A stretch of DNA of 63,972 bases, the filler included, from Reticulomyxa filosa (lineage: Eukaryota > Protista > Foraminifera): the NCBI GenBank assembly GCA_000512085.1. It is 20 parts of 20 records of this genome, joined end to end, with 100 filler letters (N's around TTAATTAATTAA, not from the genome) between each part and the next. Parts side by side here need not be neighbours in the genome. Positions count along the whole stretch, not along the records: positions 38,087 to 42,054 come from ASPP01027846.1; positions 42,155 to 49,707 come from ASPP01001352.1; positions 49,808 to 52,373 come from ASPP01044425.1; positions 52,474 to 54,133 come from ASPP01037631.1; 16 more parts are not named here. One strand, written 5' to 3'. The notes below the pieces were generated by a model, which was given only the letters and a program-made list of their open reading frames with translations, was not told the origin of the DNA and made no database searches. Below are positions 38,958-53,414 of the stretch, piece by piece (the stretch's first letter is position 1; every line of letters starts with the position of its first letter). The translations under genes were made by a program, and so were the position numbers.

Positions 38958-41225
38958 TTTTAGCACTCTTCTTTATCTACACAAACCATCTTCGTTTGTT
39001 TTATATTTTTTTTTTTTTTTCTTTTTTTTCTTTTTTTTCTTTTTATTATTTTTTTCACCCTTTTTTTTTTTTACTCACTTGTTTTATAGTAGTTGTTTTT
39101 CCCTTCTTTTCCCTCCCTTTCTTCTCCAGTTATAATCTCAGATACATAAGGCGAATGAGAGTTTGGATGTCATTCTATTTATTTGTTTTTTTTTTCTTTC
39201 AAAACGGAGGGGATATCAGAGATTGCAAAAATAAATGGAGAAAGAAATTACAGGGAGACGTTTCATATTTGCATAAATGGGAACAACGACAAACTCTGAT
39301 GTTGCTTGTTCCGCGTGTTTTTTATTTGTTGCGTTTTTTGTTTTTTTGCTTTTTTTTCTCTTTTTCTTTTTTGTTTTGAACGGATTGCAGGTTGTTTTTT
39401 TAGGTGTTTGTTAAATTTTTTCTTTTGAAGGTACCCAATAATGACCTTGTGAATTTGAGGTTTTCATTTTGGTTTGTTTTCTTGGTTTGTTCATGATTTC
39501 TATCTGTCTTATTTGATTTCATCGCTGTTTATCTAAATAGCGAAAATCTTTTTTTGCAATTCTTTATCCTTCATTAAGGAGGTAGAGATAGCATTCGACC
39601 TTTGACGTTGTGGTGTAAAGAATTTATTATTTTCCAAAATTATCTTGACAAAGACAGTTGTTTCTTTTTTACCAAATCGAGGTATATTGAGGATGAAAGA
39701 CTTAAAAATATTTAATGGACTTTTACTGTGGACTGATATCTGCTTGATTTCGTATAACTTTTTAATCAGCAAAGTATAAAATGTTTTTTCACATCAAATT
39801 TGGTTTTGTGTTAAACAGACATTTTGGACGAAAAGTAGATAATTTGTATCCAATATATAACTTTTTGCCACTCAAGACATAAAGAATGTTTCCAAAGCAA
39901 TATCCAACAATATGCAATACTGAGTTTTAAAGATTTGCAAATTGAAAACGTTGTCGATGCATCGTATGATAAGCAAGATTTATTATTAAATTGTCATATT
40001 CAAGTACAGCATATAAAAGAAATAAGTCTTTGTGAAACCGCTTATCCACCAAACATAATATTGTGTTAATTTTAAATTGTTTTTTTACTTGTTAATTTTC
40101 AATAATTTTAAATTTATATTTTGCAGTTTATTGTTCTTTTAGAAAAGTTTTCGTTTGTATTAACTAATAATTTGGTAATTATTAACTTACAAGTTATAAT
40201 TCTTTTTGTTTTTGTTGCTTTTCTTTTACACGATTTGATTATATTCGTTTTTGTTTTAAATATAAATTGATTGTTAACTTATTACATAATGTCTAATATA
40301 AAGTTAAAGTAAATTGAACTTTTGTTCGATATCAGATAATCTGCATAAGTTGCAATATTCTATATTTTATTCACAAATACTTTTTTGCTCAAATTCATAA
40401 TGTAATTTTTTATCGTTTTTGATTTCTAATCACTACACTAACATATGTATATATTAAATTATAATTTTACTTTTGTTCAGTGTTTTTACTTCTAACGTTT
40501 GACATTATACATATGTCAAGTTAAACACAAATTCTTACTGTTTCACCTTCATCACTATAATCATCCATGTCGAACCAGACACAATAATTCCTGCATATTC
40601 TATGAAAAGTATATTGATATATTAATCTTTTTTGATTTTTTATACTATTGTGCCATCTTAAAAAAGCTATGCTGCCCTCTATCAATGCTTGTCACTCCTG
40701 TAAAAAGGTATATTCATACATTGCATTTGCAAGACTAGTTATAACAAAATATTTTTGATTTTTAATTGAAGTAAATATCTTTTTGACAATATTAAGTTCA
40801 GTAAATAAATTTTTTAAGATAATTATTTTCAAACGATGCATCTGCGCATATAGTTAAATGTTTCATTTTTTTTCTAATTCGAGAGTCCCAAAGCAGTTTT
40901 AATAGTTTTTTATGCGAGAAAAAATGTTTATTGGACGATAGAAAAATTTTGTTCATTGGTATAATACCACTTGTTACAATAAAGTTGTGCAAATAGTTTA
41001 ATCTGAATGTCATGGATTTCTAATGATTTAATTTAATAGAAAACGTATTATGTTAAATTGCGAAGAAAGTTTTTTCATTATGCTAGTGATACATTTTTCC
41101 TTTATTGGAAATCATTACTTCATTATACATTTGCACAAAGCCTGAATACTGTTTCAAAGACAAAAAATAACACAAAATGAAAAGCTAGAGAAAATATCAA
41201 AATTGCCAGTGAAAATAACGATTGC

Positions 41226-42017
41226 TCAGGTTCGGATGTGCTTGTCGGTAGAATGACTGCCAAAAGTTCGGTTCCATTGATCAAACTTGTTGAGACTGCT
41301 TAACTTATAGCTAGGTTTAATATTATTCAATGAGCTCTTAAAATGTTCAAAAGTAATAGGAGGGACTGATCCACCTGTCAGAACTTGCATTCCGAGATCT
41401 CGGATAGGTCCCATTGCCGCATCACTTACTAAATTGGATATATCACTTGCAGAGTAGCCAGAGGTTAATTCCGTTAATTCCTTGAACTCGGATTTGCTCA
41501 ATCTAAAGTGCTGATTGTTTCCAAGCGCTTTTTTAATGATCATCTGTCGTTGTTCCGGAGTTGGCAGAGGAACCATTATTCGCTTTTGAAAGCGCCTTAA
41601 CACAGCCTCATCCAATTCCCAAGGTGTGTTGGTGGCTCTATTTTTTTTTTTTGGAGTCAATATGTTATGAATCAAAAATTTAAAAAAAAAAAGAAAAGAT
41701 GGGGGGGGAGGAAAAAAAAAAGACTCAGCCAACCCCACAAATAAGATTCTTGCATCTCCTTTGTCGGATTGAACACCGTCCATTTGAACTAAGAATTCAG
41801 TTTTCATCCGCAGGGAAGATTCTTGCTCATTGCCCCTGCCACGTGCAGTAAGAAGCGAGTCAATTTCATCAATAAAAATTATGCTAGGACTACGTCGACG
41901 GGCCACTTCAAACAATGCACGTACTAATTTTTCGCCTTCGCCAACATATCGACTGGTCAACGACGACGCACTCACACACAGAAATGTTGCATTACATTCA
42001 CCTGCCACTATTTCCCA
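41226..42017 (-). CDS. Spastin/fidgetin-like microtubule-severing AAA ATPase, C-terminal part
   Basis: SASSLTSRYVGEGEKLVRALF, Walker B IIFIDEIDS, RMKTEFL, GATN.PWELDEAVLRRF after removing intron 41638-41733. Confidence 0.9.
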   Translation of the reverse strand, partial: WEIVAGECNATFLCVSASSLTSRYVGEGEKLVRALFEVARRRSPSIIFIDEIDSLLTARGRGNEQESSLRMKTEFLVQMDGVQSDKGDARILFVGLAESFFFPPPPSFLFFFKFLIHNILTPKKKNRATNTPWELDEAVLRRFQKRIMVPLPTPEQRQMIIKKALGNNQHFRLSKSEFKELTELTSGYSASDISNLVSDAAMGPIRDLGMQVLTGGSVPPITFEHFKSSLNNIKPSYKLSSLNKFDQWNRTFGSHSTDKHIRT

Positions 42018-42054
<37 letters not shown>

Positions 42055-42154
42055 NNNNNNNNNNNNNNNNNNNNNNNNNNNNNNNNNNNNNNNNNNNNTT
42101 AATTAATTAANNNNNNNNNNNNNNNNNNNNNNNNNNNNNNNNNNNNNNNNNNNN

Positions 42155-42192
<38 letters not shown>

Positions 42193-44497
42193 CAAACATC
42201 GTAACGAAAACAATAACCATGATAATGCAAATCAAAATCGACGCAGTAGCACCAATGAAGGAAAGGCTGGACATGCCAATGATAAACACGCTCCGACTCA
42301 TTTGACCGTTGCCAAAAACACCGAGTATGTAAGCATTGCGCAAGAGGTGCAACAGAGTGATGTTTTGACTACGAGTTTGCAGAGGACGTTGTCGAATCGT
42401 CGCTACTATGTGGAAGGCGATTTTCGTGCCCACTCCGTTCGGGCTGCTCAGTCTGTTGGCAAGTTTGAACACAGCGATACTTTGAACCACAAACACATCC
42501 TTATCAAAGTGCTGACGTTATTATATTCTTACGTTTTTGAATGCTTTCGTGTGCGGTGTTAAGATTTTTTTTTTTTACATAATTAGAATAAATACTTTAC
42601 ATATTTTATCTTGTTGTTGTTGTTATTGTTAATGTTAATGGGATAGCCAAACAATTACTCTGGAACTATTTACGCGGTGGCAGGGAAGTACAACAAGGAA
42701 ATACGCTTCTGCAACGAAGTCGCATTGTGACTCTTTACTTTTTGGCAAACAAGTTAGAAGACCCGTACGAAGTGCGCTTCAGCTTGGTCACTCAAGCCTT
42801 AAACTTGCTGCAATCGCATTCCATCACCTTTGATACCAAACGAGAAATTATGATGTTTCTCCGTGAAAATGAATGGATTAATGATGTTATATACATACAT
42901 ATACATATACGTACATATATATATATTTACATGTATATATGTGATTACGTATACGTACTTTCATTTTTGCTTGCCCCTTTTGCAATGAATTGTCTGAAAT
43001 AATACTCAATCCAACATAAAGTTGAGCCCCGAAAGTCGCGTGATAGCGGAAGATGGCTTTGGTGGATGCTTGATGAAAGAGCTGCGGCGTATTGACAGAG
43101 AACAAGACACGAGGTATTTCCACTTTCTAAATGAGGACCTCAAGAATCAAAGTATGGATGAAAGACTGAAACAACAACTGAAAATCCCCAAATATTTGAT
43201 TGTGAGACTGCAATCGGATCGCGACGTCCTTGGCACGTGCGAGTTTATTAAACTAAATCGTCGACATAAAAAGAATGAATTGGATTTGGAGTTGTACAAA
43301 CAACAGTGTCAAGAGAAACACATATCAACGTATGACCAGGTCAGTAAAGGCGTGGTCAATACTGAAACCATTAACTTGCAGTATTTGTACTTAGACTTTG
43401 TTCTCAAACATGCGGTTCATCTGTATTCTCATTTCAGACAATTCGTCGAAAACCAGCTCAATCATTTGTCCAATCGTTTTTTGTTTGTTCCAATTCGATC
43501 TTTGGAGTTTTGAGGAATTATATACCTATCGGACATGTGTATAATTTTGGAGCGACTTTTTTAAATCTATTTTCTGTAATGTGTGTGTGCAACAAACAGA
43601 GTGGGACAAGAAATGGTAGATTTCTTGGAGAGCATAATGCCATCAATACCTGCAATTAATCAAGTGTTCCAAGCTGCTCGAATATTGGATTATTTGAGAT
43701 GCTATGTCACCTTCGACACAATTGAAGATTTGTTAGAAGCATTTAATCACTTGGCTGAAATTAGCAATGATAACACAAGCCGAAAAAACAAACGCAAAGA
43801 AAGCGAGATCAATAATTCATCATCATTTTATTTTCAACTTTGCCATGTCGAAAATCATCTGATGTCATATGTCCCGCTTTATAAACCTCCTGCGCCACTC
43901 TTAACGGAAGAACAAATTAAACAACAAGCCCAAGACGAAGAGGCATTGAAGCAAAGTATTGAGGAGAAAAAAAAAAATATTGTTGGATTAAGTGATGACG
44001 TGAACAAAAAAAAATCAGAAAAAAAATATCCAAAAGAAGGCGCCAAGAAGTCAGATAAAAAAAAAAAACAAAAAAAAGAAAAAGTGAAACGTAAAAAAGA
44101 TTTAATAAAAGAACAATTAGAGAAAGAACTGGCTCCAAATGGAAACAGTGGACGTGGGGACCATTATAATAGTCTTATGGTGAGACCTGATTTTGTTGGC
44201 AATTTACGATATGTCTCTGTTTATGCTGTCATGGCTGTTCCTGTTTCATCCGGCCAGTCTATCATTAACACCAAAAGTATGCGGCTAATTGTTGAGATTA
44301 GGCTTGTGTTAGACGATCTCGGCACTTATTTCGAGAAGTATGTTCGATGTATTGAATCGTTTAATAATATCTTAAACGAAAAAAAATTGTTGAGTGCGTT
44401 CAAAGCGTTCGAACGACAAAAAAGACCAAAATTGACTCCAAAACATCTGGAATGGTTTTGGGAAGAAGAGATTTTGCCACGAACGCACATTCAATAA
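42155..44497 (+). CDS. Multi-exon protein with a degenerate RelA/SpoT-like nucleotidyltransferase domain, 5' truncated
   Basis: VPIRSLE ... RILDYLRCYVTFDTIEDLLEAF ... HVENHL ... LRYVSVY ... LIVEIRLVL follow the order of RelA/SpoT synthetase-fold motifs. Confidence 0.55.
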
Positions 44498-45036
44498 ACG
44501 TTACGTTATTGTTAATATTTGCTTTGTTAAAAAACAAAGTGCAAACTATAGTTGTTATTGAACCGCTGAAGTAATTGCTTGGCTTGTTTTTATCGTCTTT
44601 TTTGGGTGTCTTTTTTTTTAGCGAGAAAATTGCTTTTCAGCCTTGCAAAAATTTTTTTTGAATAAACGGAATTGTACACGAAATTGTTGGAAAGTACATA
44701 TTTTCTGGAAACCATTAAACCTCCACCTTTTGTAACAAAAGTATGTCAGTATAAATAGTGATTTTCATCACACCAGCCACAGCTTCTGCAAGTTTGAAAA
44801 AAAAGTTGAGCTTTTTTTCTTTCAGTGGGGATTACTCAGATAAGACCAAACGCCAACAGAAGAAAAGATAACAACCAAACCAATTAAAAAGAGACATAGA
44901 ACAAAAAGGTGGAAAAGTCAATTTTTCTCTTTACTTTAACAAAGAATTTCGTGTTTCATCGTTTGTACATCCAAAACCATAGTTGTTTTCTGAGGCACAA
45001 GCTCGTATCTAAAAAAAACAAAAAAATTAAGTCTTT

Positions 45037-45737
<701 letters not shown>

Positions 45738-46106
45738 TGTGTATCAATTTGTATTTCGGCAAATTTAGTGAAGAAACTAGAATAATCTAAAAAAGATTGT
45801 ACTTTTTCAGAAAAAGACTTGGATAAGAAACTGAGGGGAAAAGAAATTTTGTCCAAGTTTTTTTCCTAGTTGGACGCGTTTTCAGTGTGAATCAAAAAAC
45901 TAATCCTGTCTTTTGGTATTTTTTTTTTGCCACATTTACCGTAATGATATCCTCAACAAAGAGTGTGGCCTTTATGTGGATTTAGTTTGTTTTGTTTTTG
46001 TTGTCACAAAGTTCCACCTAACACAATCGAATAAATTAAACAATGAATTAAAATGTAAAACAATAACAAATAACAATGCGTAAATGTGTAATTGCCTTCT
46101 TTTTGT

Positions 46107-47808
46107 TTATTTGGTTGTATCAATAGGCTTATCTACTAATATTGGATAGTCAGATTGTTCAGGTTTGAGGAAGGCACCATTTTGACTGGGCCATGTTCCA
46201 GAAATGAAGCCAATGAGATCAATAGGACTCAGTCCCGTTTTTTGAGAGAAGCGAGATAGAGTTTCGTCACTTAAATAAGAGTGCCTCAAATCGATGCACT
46301 CGTCATCATAAAACAAAATATCATCAGGAACATGTTCAAACCCCATGTCCATCCAATATTTTTCAGAAAAGAAGGCTTTTCCTTTAATCGCAGAGGTCAC
46401 CTTTCCGCCAACGACAAATGAGCCAGGCAGTTGTGAAACTCCATTTCGTTTTCCCAAAGGAACCACCATCCCATACGTACCCACAGTGTATTCTTTCACT
46501 CGTAGTCCCTTTTCAAGGGCTCGAATGTTATTAGCTGCTTGTTCCGCTTGTTCGGAAGCGATTGACGCAAATTGTGGAACACTGTCTGCACAATCGCCTC
46601 TATTTTAATAATAATAAAAAAAGAGTGAGATTTATATAATAACAATAATAATAATAATAATAATTATTATTATTATTATTATTATTATTATTTGCACGTA
46701 CAAAAAAAAAGAGGAGCAAAACATTGCAAAAATGTTATCGCATCCCGCCTTTTCAATTTGCAAAGTTTTTTTGATGCGAATACGTCCATTTTTGGGATTG
46801 ACGCAATCGATTAAGAACGTATCTTCACGCATCTTATTAGCCGACGGGCCATTGCAAAAGAATAACAGATCGCATTCGATTTCGTTTTGTTTGCTGGTTG
46901 TAACAATGCGCTTGCCTACTATGTACTTGCGATTCGGGTTGGTTTCATTCATTGGCTCTGTTTTGTGGTCCTGTTCGTGAGCATGCTCGGCGTTTCCTCC
47001 GACTTCAAGGTCAAGGTTTTCAACAGGTCTCTCCGAAACAAATGCCTCACCCAATCGCAATTCAACATTGCAAAAATCTTTTTTTAATTTGTGAATTAAC
47101 TTTGCTCGCATTTTGTCTGTGATGTTGTCATATCGATTTAATATCTTGTCTGAACGATGGAGCAATGTTATTCTTTTCGTCACCCCTTCTCTCACTTCGT
47201 CTTTATACGTACTTGCAATTTCGCCCACTAACTCCAAACCCACGGGCCCTCCTCCCACACACACAATATTTGAGGCCGTCGATATCACTTCACTCAAGTG
47301 CTTGTACTCGAAGGGTACATGCTTTGCATCCCTCACTGCCGTTTTCGCCGGAAACGCGTAGCTAGTGCCTGTTGCAATTACACAGTAATCAAAAGGAATT
47401 TCCTTCTTTTATTGTCTTGCTCAATCGTCACGCTTTTGCACGTCATCGACACCATTTCAGCTCTTAATACTATCCCGTACCTTAGCAGTCGATTGTAAGG
47501 AATTAGAATATTCTTCACAAAACTTGGCTCCACACATCTTTATTTTTTTGCTTGTTCGTTTTTTTTTTTCCATCGCTCCAAAAAAAAAAAAAAAAAAATA
47601 AAATACACTTCTCCAGAGTAGGTCTACTTAACGTTCGTAGCGCACCCAAGTTGTGGAGTTTGTAGTTCTTTCGCTCAATCAATATCACGTTCAAGAACTC
47701 GTCCAAATTCTTTGCCACCATTGTTCCTCCAAAACCTCCACCTATTACTACGACTGTTTTCCTCTGGCTAAGCTGCTGTCGGATCTCTTGACTTGATTGA
47801 TTGCCCAT
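46107..47808 (-). CDS. AIFM2: FSP1/AIFM2 (AMID)-like FAD/NAD(P)H oxidoreductase, N-myristoylated
   Basis: MGNQSS myristoylation motif, VVVIGGGFGG, HNLGALR, IVCVGGGPVGLELVGE, NIFAIGDC; introns 47538-47632 and about 46600-46722. Confidence 0.8.
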
Positions 47809-49807
47809 TCCTTCCTGTTTTTTCGTTTACACATACACGGACAGTCAACCTACTTTGCTCTCGTCTCTTGCACTATTTTGCAAACATATTTCTACCCTTC
47901 AAAACAGCTTTTTCTACAAGCTGACGTAAGAATTATAATGAAATTTTATTTTGGGATGTTCAAACCTTTCATTCAATGCACTTAGTACAAAATGACAAAT
48001 CAAAACCCTTTTTGTTTTACAAAGAGAACGTTTTGTTTTCCACTTCATGAATCTATGTTAAATATTTCATCACTATTTTCCTACTAGATACCGAATTTTT
48101 ATTATCGAGCTTTTTGAATAATATAAATTTGTTATTTGTAAAAAAAATTGAGATAATGTAAAAGACATGTAAGAAAATCTGTTACATTTTTGAAATATAT
48201 CTGAAGTGGCAAAATATATGCACTATCTAATGTACGCTTGTAAAATCAAAGCCTAAATGAAACAAGAAGTCATGTGATGAGTTGTTGCAAATGGAAATAA
48301 GCAAAAACAAAAGAAGTTTTGTAAAAATCAAACGAAAGTTCAACGCTTTGAAAGATGGGAAGATTATCAATTTACAAAACAGTAAACGACATAATCCATA
48401 TGCAAATAATATTTATTTAACAATAATTTATAACTATTAAAAATAACTGCAACAACAATTGCATTGTCATTGAAATTGCTTCAATTACTTTTTGAAACGA
48501 AAAAGGAAATTCTTTTATTTTATTCTTATGATCAATTCAACATAACTATTTTTGTCGTGTTCATAAATTGATTTAAAATAATGTTTTATTATTAAACTTA
48601 AAATGAAAAAAATATAAAAATACTTCTATCATCAAACAAAAACATCTTTTTGCAAATAAAAATTATCATGATACACCGGGTAATCATATACATTTTTTCT
48701 TTCATTCACCATCAATGAGTTTATTTACAAACCCACATTGGAAGAAATAAAGATAACAATACTGAAGTGTAGAACAAACATTGCATCATTGTTTTGTATC
48801 AGATGCAAAAAATAAAAATAAAAAACAAACGAAATTTTGCGTTTAGTTTTTTTAATTTGTTTATCACTAAAATTACTGAAACACTAATATGTTGTAGATA
48901 AATTTCATGCATGTCTAAAATAAATAACAAACAAAATGCTTTCATGTCGTAACTACGCCATGCAAAAAAAATTGCTAAATGCAAACAAAACAAAAAAAGA
49001 ACATTTGCAAATTTAAAAAAAAAGGAAAAAAAGCAAAAAAAACTATTACTTTTGCTTTTTTGTCTTTTTTTCATCTTTTTGATCCAGCACGAAAATCAAG
49101 CTATATCAGTATAAAAGGTGTCACTTAATAATTTTCTTAAAGAATATATACAATTCTTCATTGACATTTTATATAATCACTTCTTTTTATATAAGTTGGA
49201 TCTTTTTTGAAAAAATTTGGATTGATTGTTAAAACATAGCTTTTGTTCTCTTTCTATGTTCAAGTAATGTGCGAATTTAATGAACAAACAATAAAATGAA
49301 ATAAAATAAAACCTTAAATAATCTGAGCGGAATGGCCTTTGGTGCACATGATGACAAAAATCTTGGGTTTTTTAGTGCTTATTGATAATTGTATTACTTT
49401 GCACAAAACTTTTTTTGACGTCTTTGATGAAAAACATGACATTTTGACAATGATTCTAATATTGATATGGTGAAAATTTCACACAATACAAAAGAGAGGA
49501 ACGTCTATCAATTAACTGAATTTGTTTGCTTCAATATCCCAATACAAATGTTTCATTTGATGCAGAACAAATGAATTGTCCATTAAGTGTTGAATAATCA
49601 ATACTTTTCACTCATTTCCGTGTCCATAGAATGTTTTGAGCAACTTAGACGATGAACGAAACATATCAAACACAAATAGTGTAGTCGCCTGTGTTAAGTA
49701 TTGATTANNNNNNNNNNNNNNNNNNNNNNNNNNNNNNNNNNNNNNNNNNNNTTAATTAATTAANNNNNNNNNNNNNNNNNNNNNNNNNNNNNNNNNNNNN
49801 NNNNNNN

Positions 49808-51149
49808 AAAAAAAAAAAAAAATGTGAATTGTGTAGAGCACTCGAAATACTCGCGCGTGCACGGCATTAAGATAAATGACTTTGCGCATGTCTGGCCGTA
49901 TGCGAACAACATTTACACGCAAATGCTGTCCGGATCGTTTGCAAATGCATACTACAACCAAAAGTACTTGCAAAAGCACTACCAGTTGTTGATGACTCAC
50001 TTTGAACATCTGTTCATTGTGCAAGGCATTGCCATCAATCAGTCCGAACACATTCTTTATTACACACCTATTCAAATGCCACATCCTTTCCATCGTGTCA
50101 TGCGACTCACTCCATCTCCAAAGTTTATATACATATAAAATATATGCTATTTATTTCATTTGAAAACAACTTATTTGAATACATATATACACACAGTGAA
50201 ACAATCGAAATGATGAATTACACCAACATGATATCCTACTTGCGATATGAGATGGACATTGTCCGCGAAAACCTGCTCACGTATTACCACTTTTTGCTCG
50301 CTCGCCACCACCTGTTGCAAATGAGCTGGGTGGGACTCACTGAGACCTTCGACGAGTCGATGCGACATATGAACAAGCTCTGGGGACTATGCAGCGATAA
50401 CACCATTGCCAATGTCAATTCCAACAAATGGTATCGTGGCAAAGGCAAGTTCAATGGCAAAGCTAACAACAAAGACAATAATGTTGATGATGCCAACAAT
50501 GGTGATGTCAATATACTTGCAAATGCAAAGGCAAATCTAAAAAGAGCCCTGACGCAAATGCAAACCCAAATGATCAACGCAATCGTATATCGAGTGATAA
50601 CAAAGACGCTCATCCAACACCCAATCGGGAATATCTCGTCACCGACGAAGAGCTAAAAGACATTGCCAAATTCAACGCTTATGATGTGCAATTGTATGAT
50701 CTTGCCAAAGTGTTATTTTTGCAACAGCAAATCGTCATTCTGGCCACTCGCTTGGACGGACGCAACTATCTATGCATCGTTAATAGAAATATTGATATAT
50801 CCGCTTTATCTAGGCATACTATCAATACAGATCATCATCATCACTCTTCTCTACCCTTCTCTTCCAATAATAATGTTCCCTTGCCTGAAAGTTAGATACA
50901 GATATATATATATGTATACGTACATAAATAGATGTGTACATATATGTTAATGATCCATATACATGCATCTCTTGCACATATAAATGTAAAGATAATGACC
51001 ACAATGATCATAACAATACCCGTCCTCTATTGAAAAAAGAAGATGTGAATCCATTTGACATTGTTGAAGGAACCATCGTTTTGCAAAATAAAATTATTGT
51101 TTCGTCGTTTTTTTTTTTTTTTGCTTTAATTCTATTTTTAATCGTGTGA
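49808..51149 (+). CDS. Sulfotransferase-family protein (Sulfotransfer_2-like), C-terminal part
   Basis: NIYTQMLSG, WVGLTETFDESM, LTDEELKDIAKFNAYDVQLYDLAKVLF; frameshift at about 50530-50600. Confidence 0.65.
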
Positions 51150-53414
51150 GATGTGTATAATTGCGTGTTTGTTTTTGATTCGCTTGTTCGTCGACACATT
51201 TTAGCAAACAAAATTTTTTTCCTCCAATTTCATATTATTTTTTTTAAAATAGGGCATGCATAAAGGTTATATTCGATTCAATTCAAATTGTAAAAAAAAA
51301 AAAAAGGCGTTTTTTTTCTCTTATTGAACTCATTTTTTAAGTATTTGCAGAAAAGATCCGTTTTCATTCATGGGAGCGCTCCACTTCAAAGATTGCGAAA
51401 TTGGCAGCGAATTTGCCAAGCCGCTGCGCAAGCTATGTCGTATCGCCCATTACACTTCCTAGTTAAAGAAAACAATCTTAGAGGGGTAAAGGTAACTCGG
51501 CATTTTCCTGGCCAGTGTATTGGATAAAATGAATGCTTAATTTATTACTTTCCAACATACAAAAACAACAATTCTAAGTGCAAATTATTGTTGAAAGATA
51601 TTGTGAACAACAATTGAGCAACATCAATGTAATTTTATCCTGTTTGTTTCGTAAAAAAAATCAAACTTTCTTTTTTTTCATCCATATCATGATTAACAGT
51701 TAAAGTGGTATATTCTCCAAATAAAAATAATTTCATTCATTTTTTCACTCATCAATAAAACGTCCACTCCATTTTTAGAATTGGGAAAACGAGAAATGTA
51801 TCTTACTCTTTTTCTTTTTATTATTCCTTTTTAATTTGTGTATTAATTTGAAATTTAAGTTATTGAATATTTGTGTTTTGATTTTCTAAAAATGGTTTCA
51901 GTGCTTTTTTTGTGTTGTTTAAATTTATACAAATGAATAACAAATGTAATATTCCATTGTTCAATCTGATCATTTGGTCTTTTTTGCAAACCAATTTTCT
52001 TTTCAATTTTTGGATGTCCTGTGTAATGCAATTTTTTCACCTTTTAAATCATTCATTTGATTTAATTTTTTTAATAATTATACAGTTGGAAAAAAAAAAT
52101 AGTATCAGTATTTTTAGGAATTAGTATGAATAAATTAGTACTTTTTCAATCTGTTTTTGTTTTTTTTGTAAAATGCAAATGAAAATATTATGCTTTGCAA
52201 AAAGCTAGCTTTTCTTCAATATCAAAGATAATGTATTCAAGTCATTATTATTGTCGGTATTCGCTAAACCTTTCTTTTTTATCTTATAATTGCATAAGTC
52301 CATATCAAAAGTGAGAATGCTTATTCTTGAACTATTATGTGCAACGAGGTTTTATCATTACTGGTGAAAAAAANNNNNNNNNNNNNNNNNNNNNNNNNNN
52401 NNNNNNNNNNNNNNNNNTTAATTAATTAANNNNNNNNNNNNNNNNNNNNNNNNNNNNNNNNNNNNNNNNNNNNTCAAACATTTTTTTCAAGCTTTGACTT
52501 GGATTGAATTAACATGTTGTGTTTCAAAGGCAAAAGTATTATTGCATGTGCCAACTGAATAAATCATACATTTATATTTGAAATTCGAATTATTAATCAC
52601 ATTTTAAGTGAATAAAGAAAAAGAATTCAAAATAATGAAAACAATTTGAATGTCTTGGATTAGCAACAACAACAACAAAATTAAAAAAAATCTGCAATTT
52701 ATTTTGACTGTTTACTAAATATGAGATCAAATGTAGATGGATTAAAAAATAATTGTGAAATAGATATGTTTAATTTACCATAAAGATAAAATACTCTTTT
52801 TGAACGAGAGATGTTACGTAATCAATCGCATTATTGATTATGGAACATTAAATGGCATTGAACATTTTTTGAATTGGACGAGACAACCAATGTGATAATT
52901 TCTAAAATATAACCAGATGAAGCAGGATCTTTTTACTTTTGATATTAATATCACCATAAATATTGCCATTTAATATTTTCTGATGACGCCAAATAACGAA
53001 ATATAATAGTCTCAATTGAAAGTCTAATATTTCAATTATTAAATAATGGAACTAACTTGTCTTGTATTGATTATATTTTAAATCATGACATTCTTATTTT
53101 GACAGATGATCATTTTTAAAATTTACTTTATTAAGAAGGAATTGAAAAGAATTACATTCAAATTTTGTCTTACCCATATAAAAAAGAGTTTCTAAATTTA
53201 TAATATTTTATCATCTTTATTCCTTCTCAATTATTTGTGGTTTTTTTATTAATGAAAGGATTGTCAAAATAGAGTTTAATATTTTTTGTTCTGTTTTAAT
53301 TGTTCATGCAATATTATTATTGCGTGCCTTTTTAATAAAAAAAAAAAAATTTATTAGAGAAAGTTTCAAATTTCTCAGACAAATGCATTCAAATAAATAT
53401 TAAACGCAAAACTT

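Noticed and set aside
40500-41030. Decayed zinc-finger or WD40 family remnant
   Set aside because: Only faint resemblance with many stops; cannot be supported without alignment
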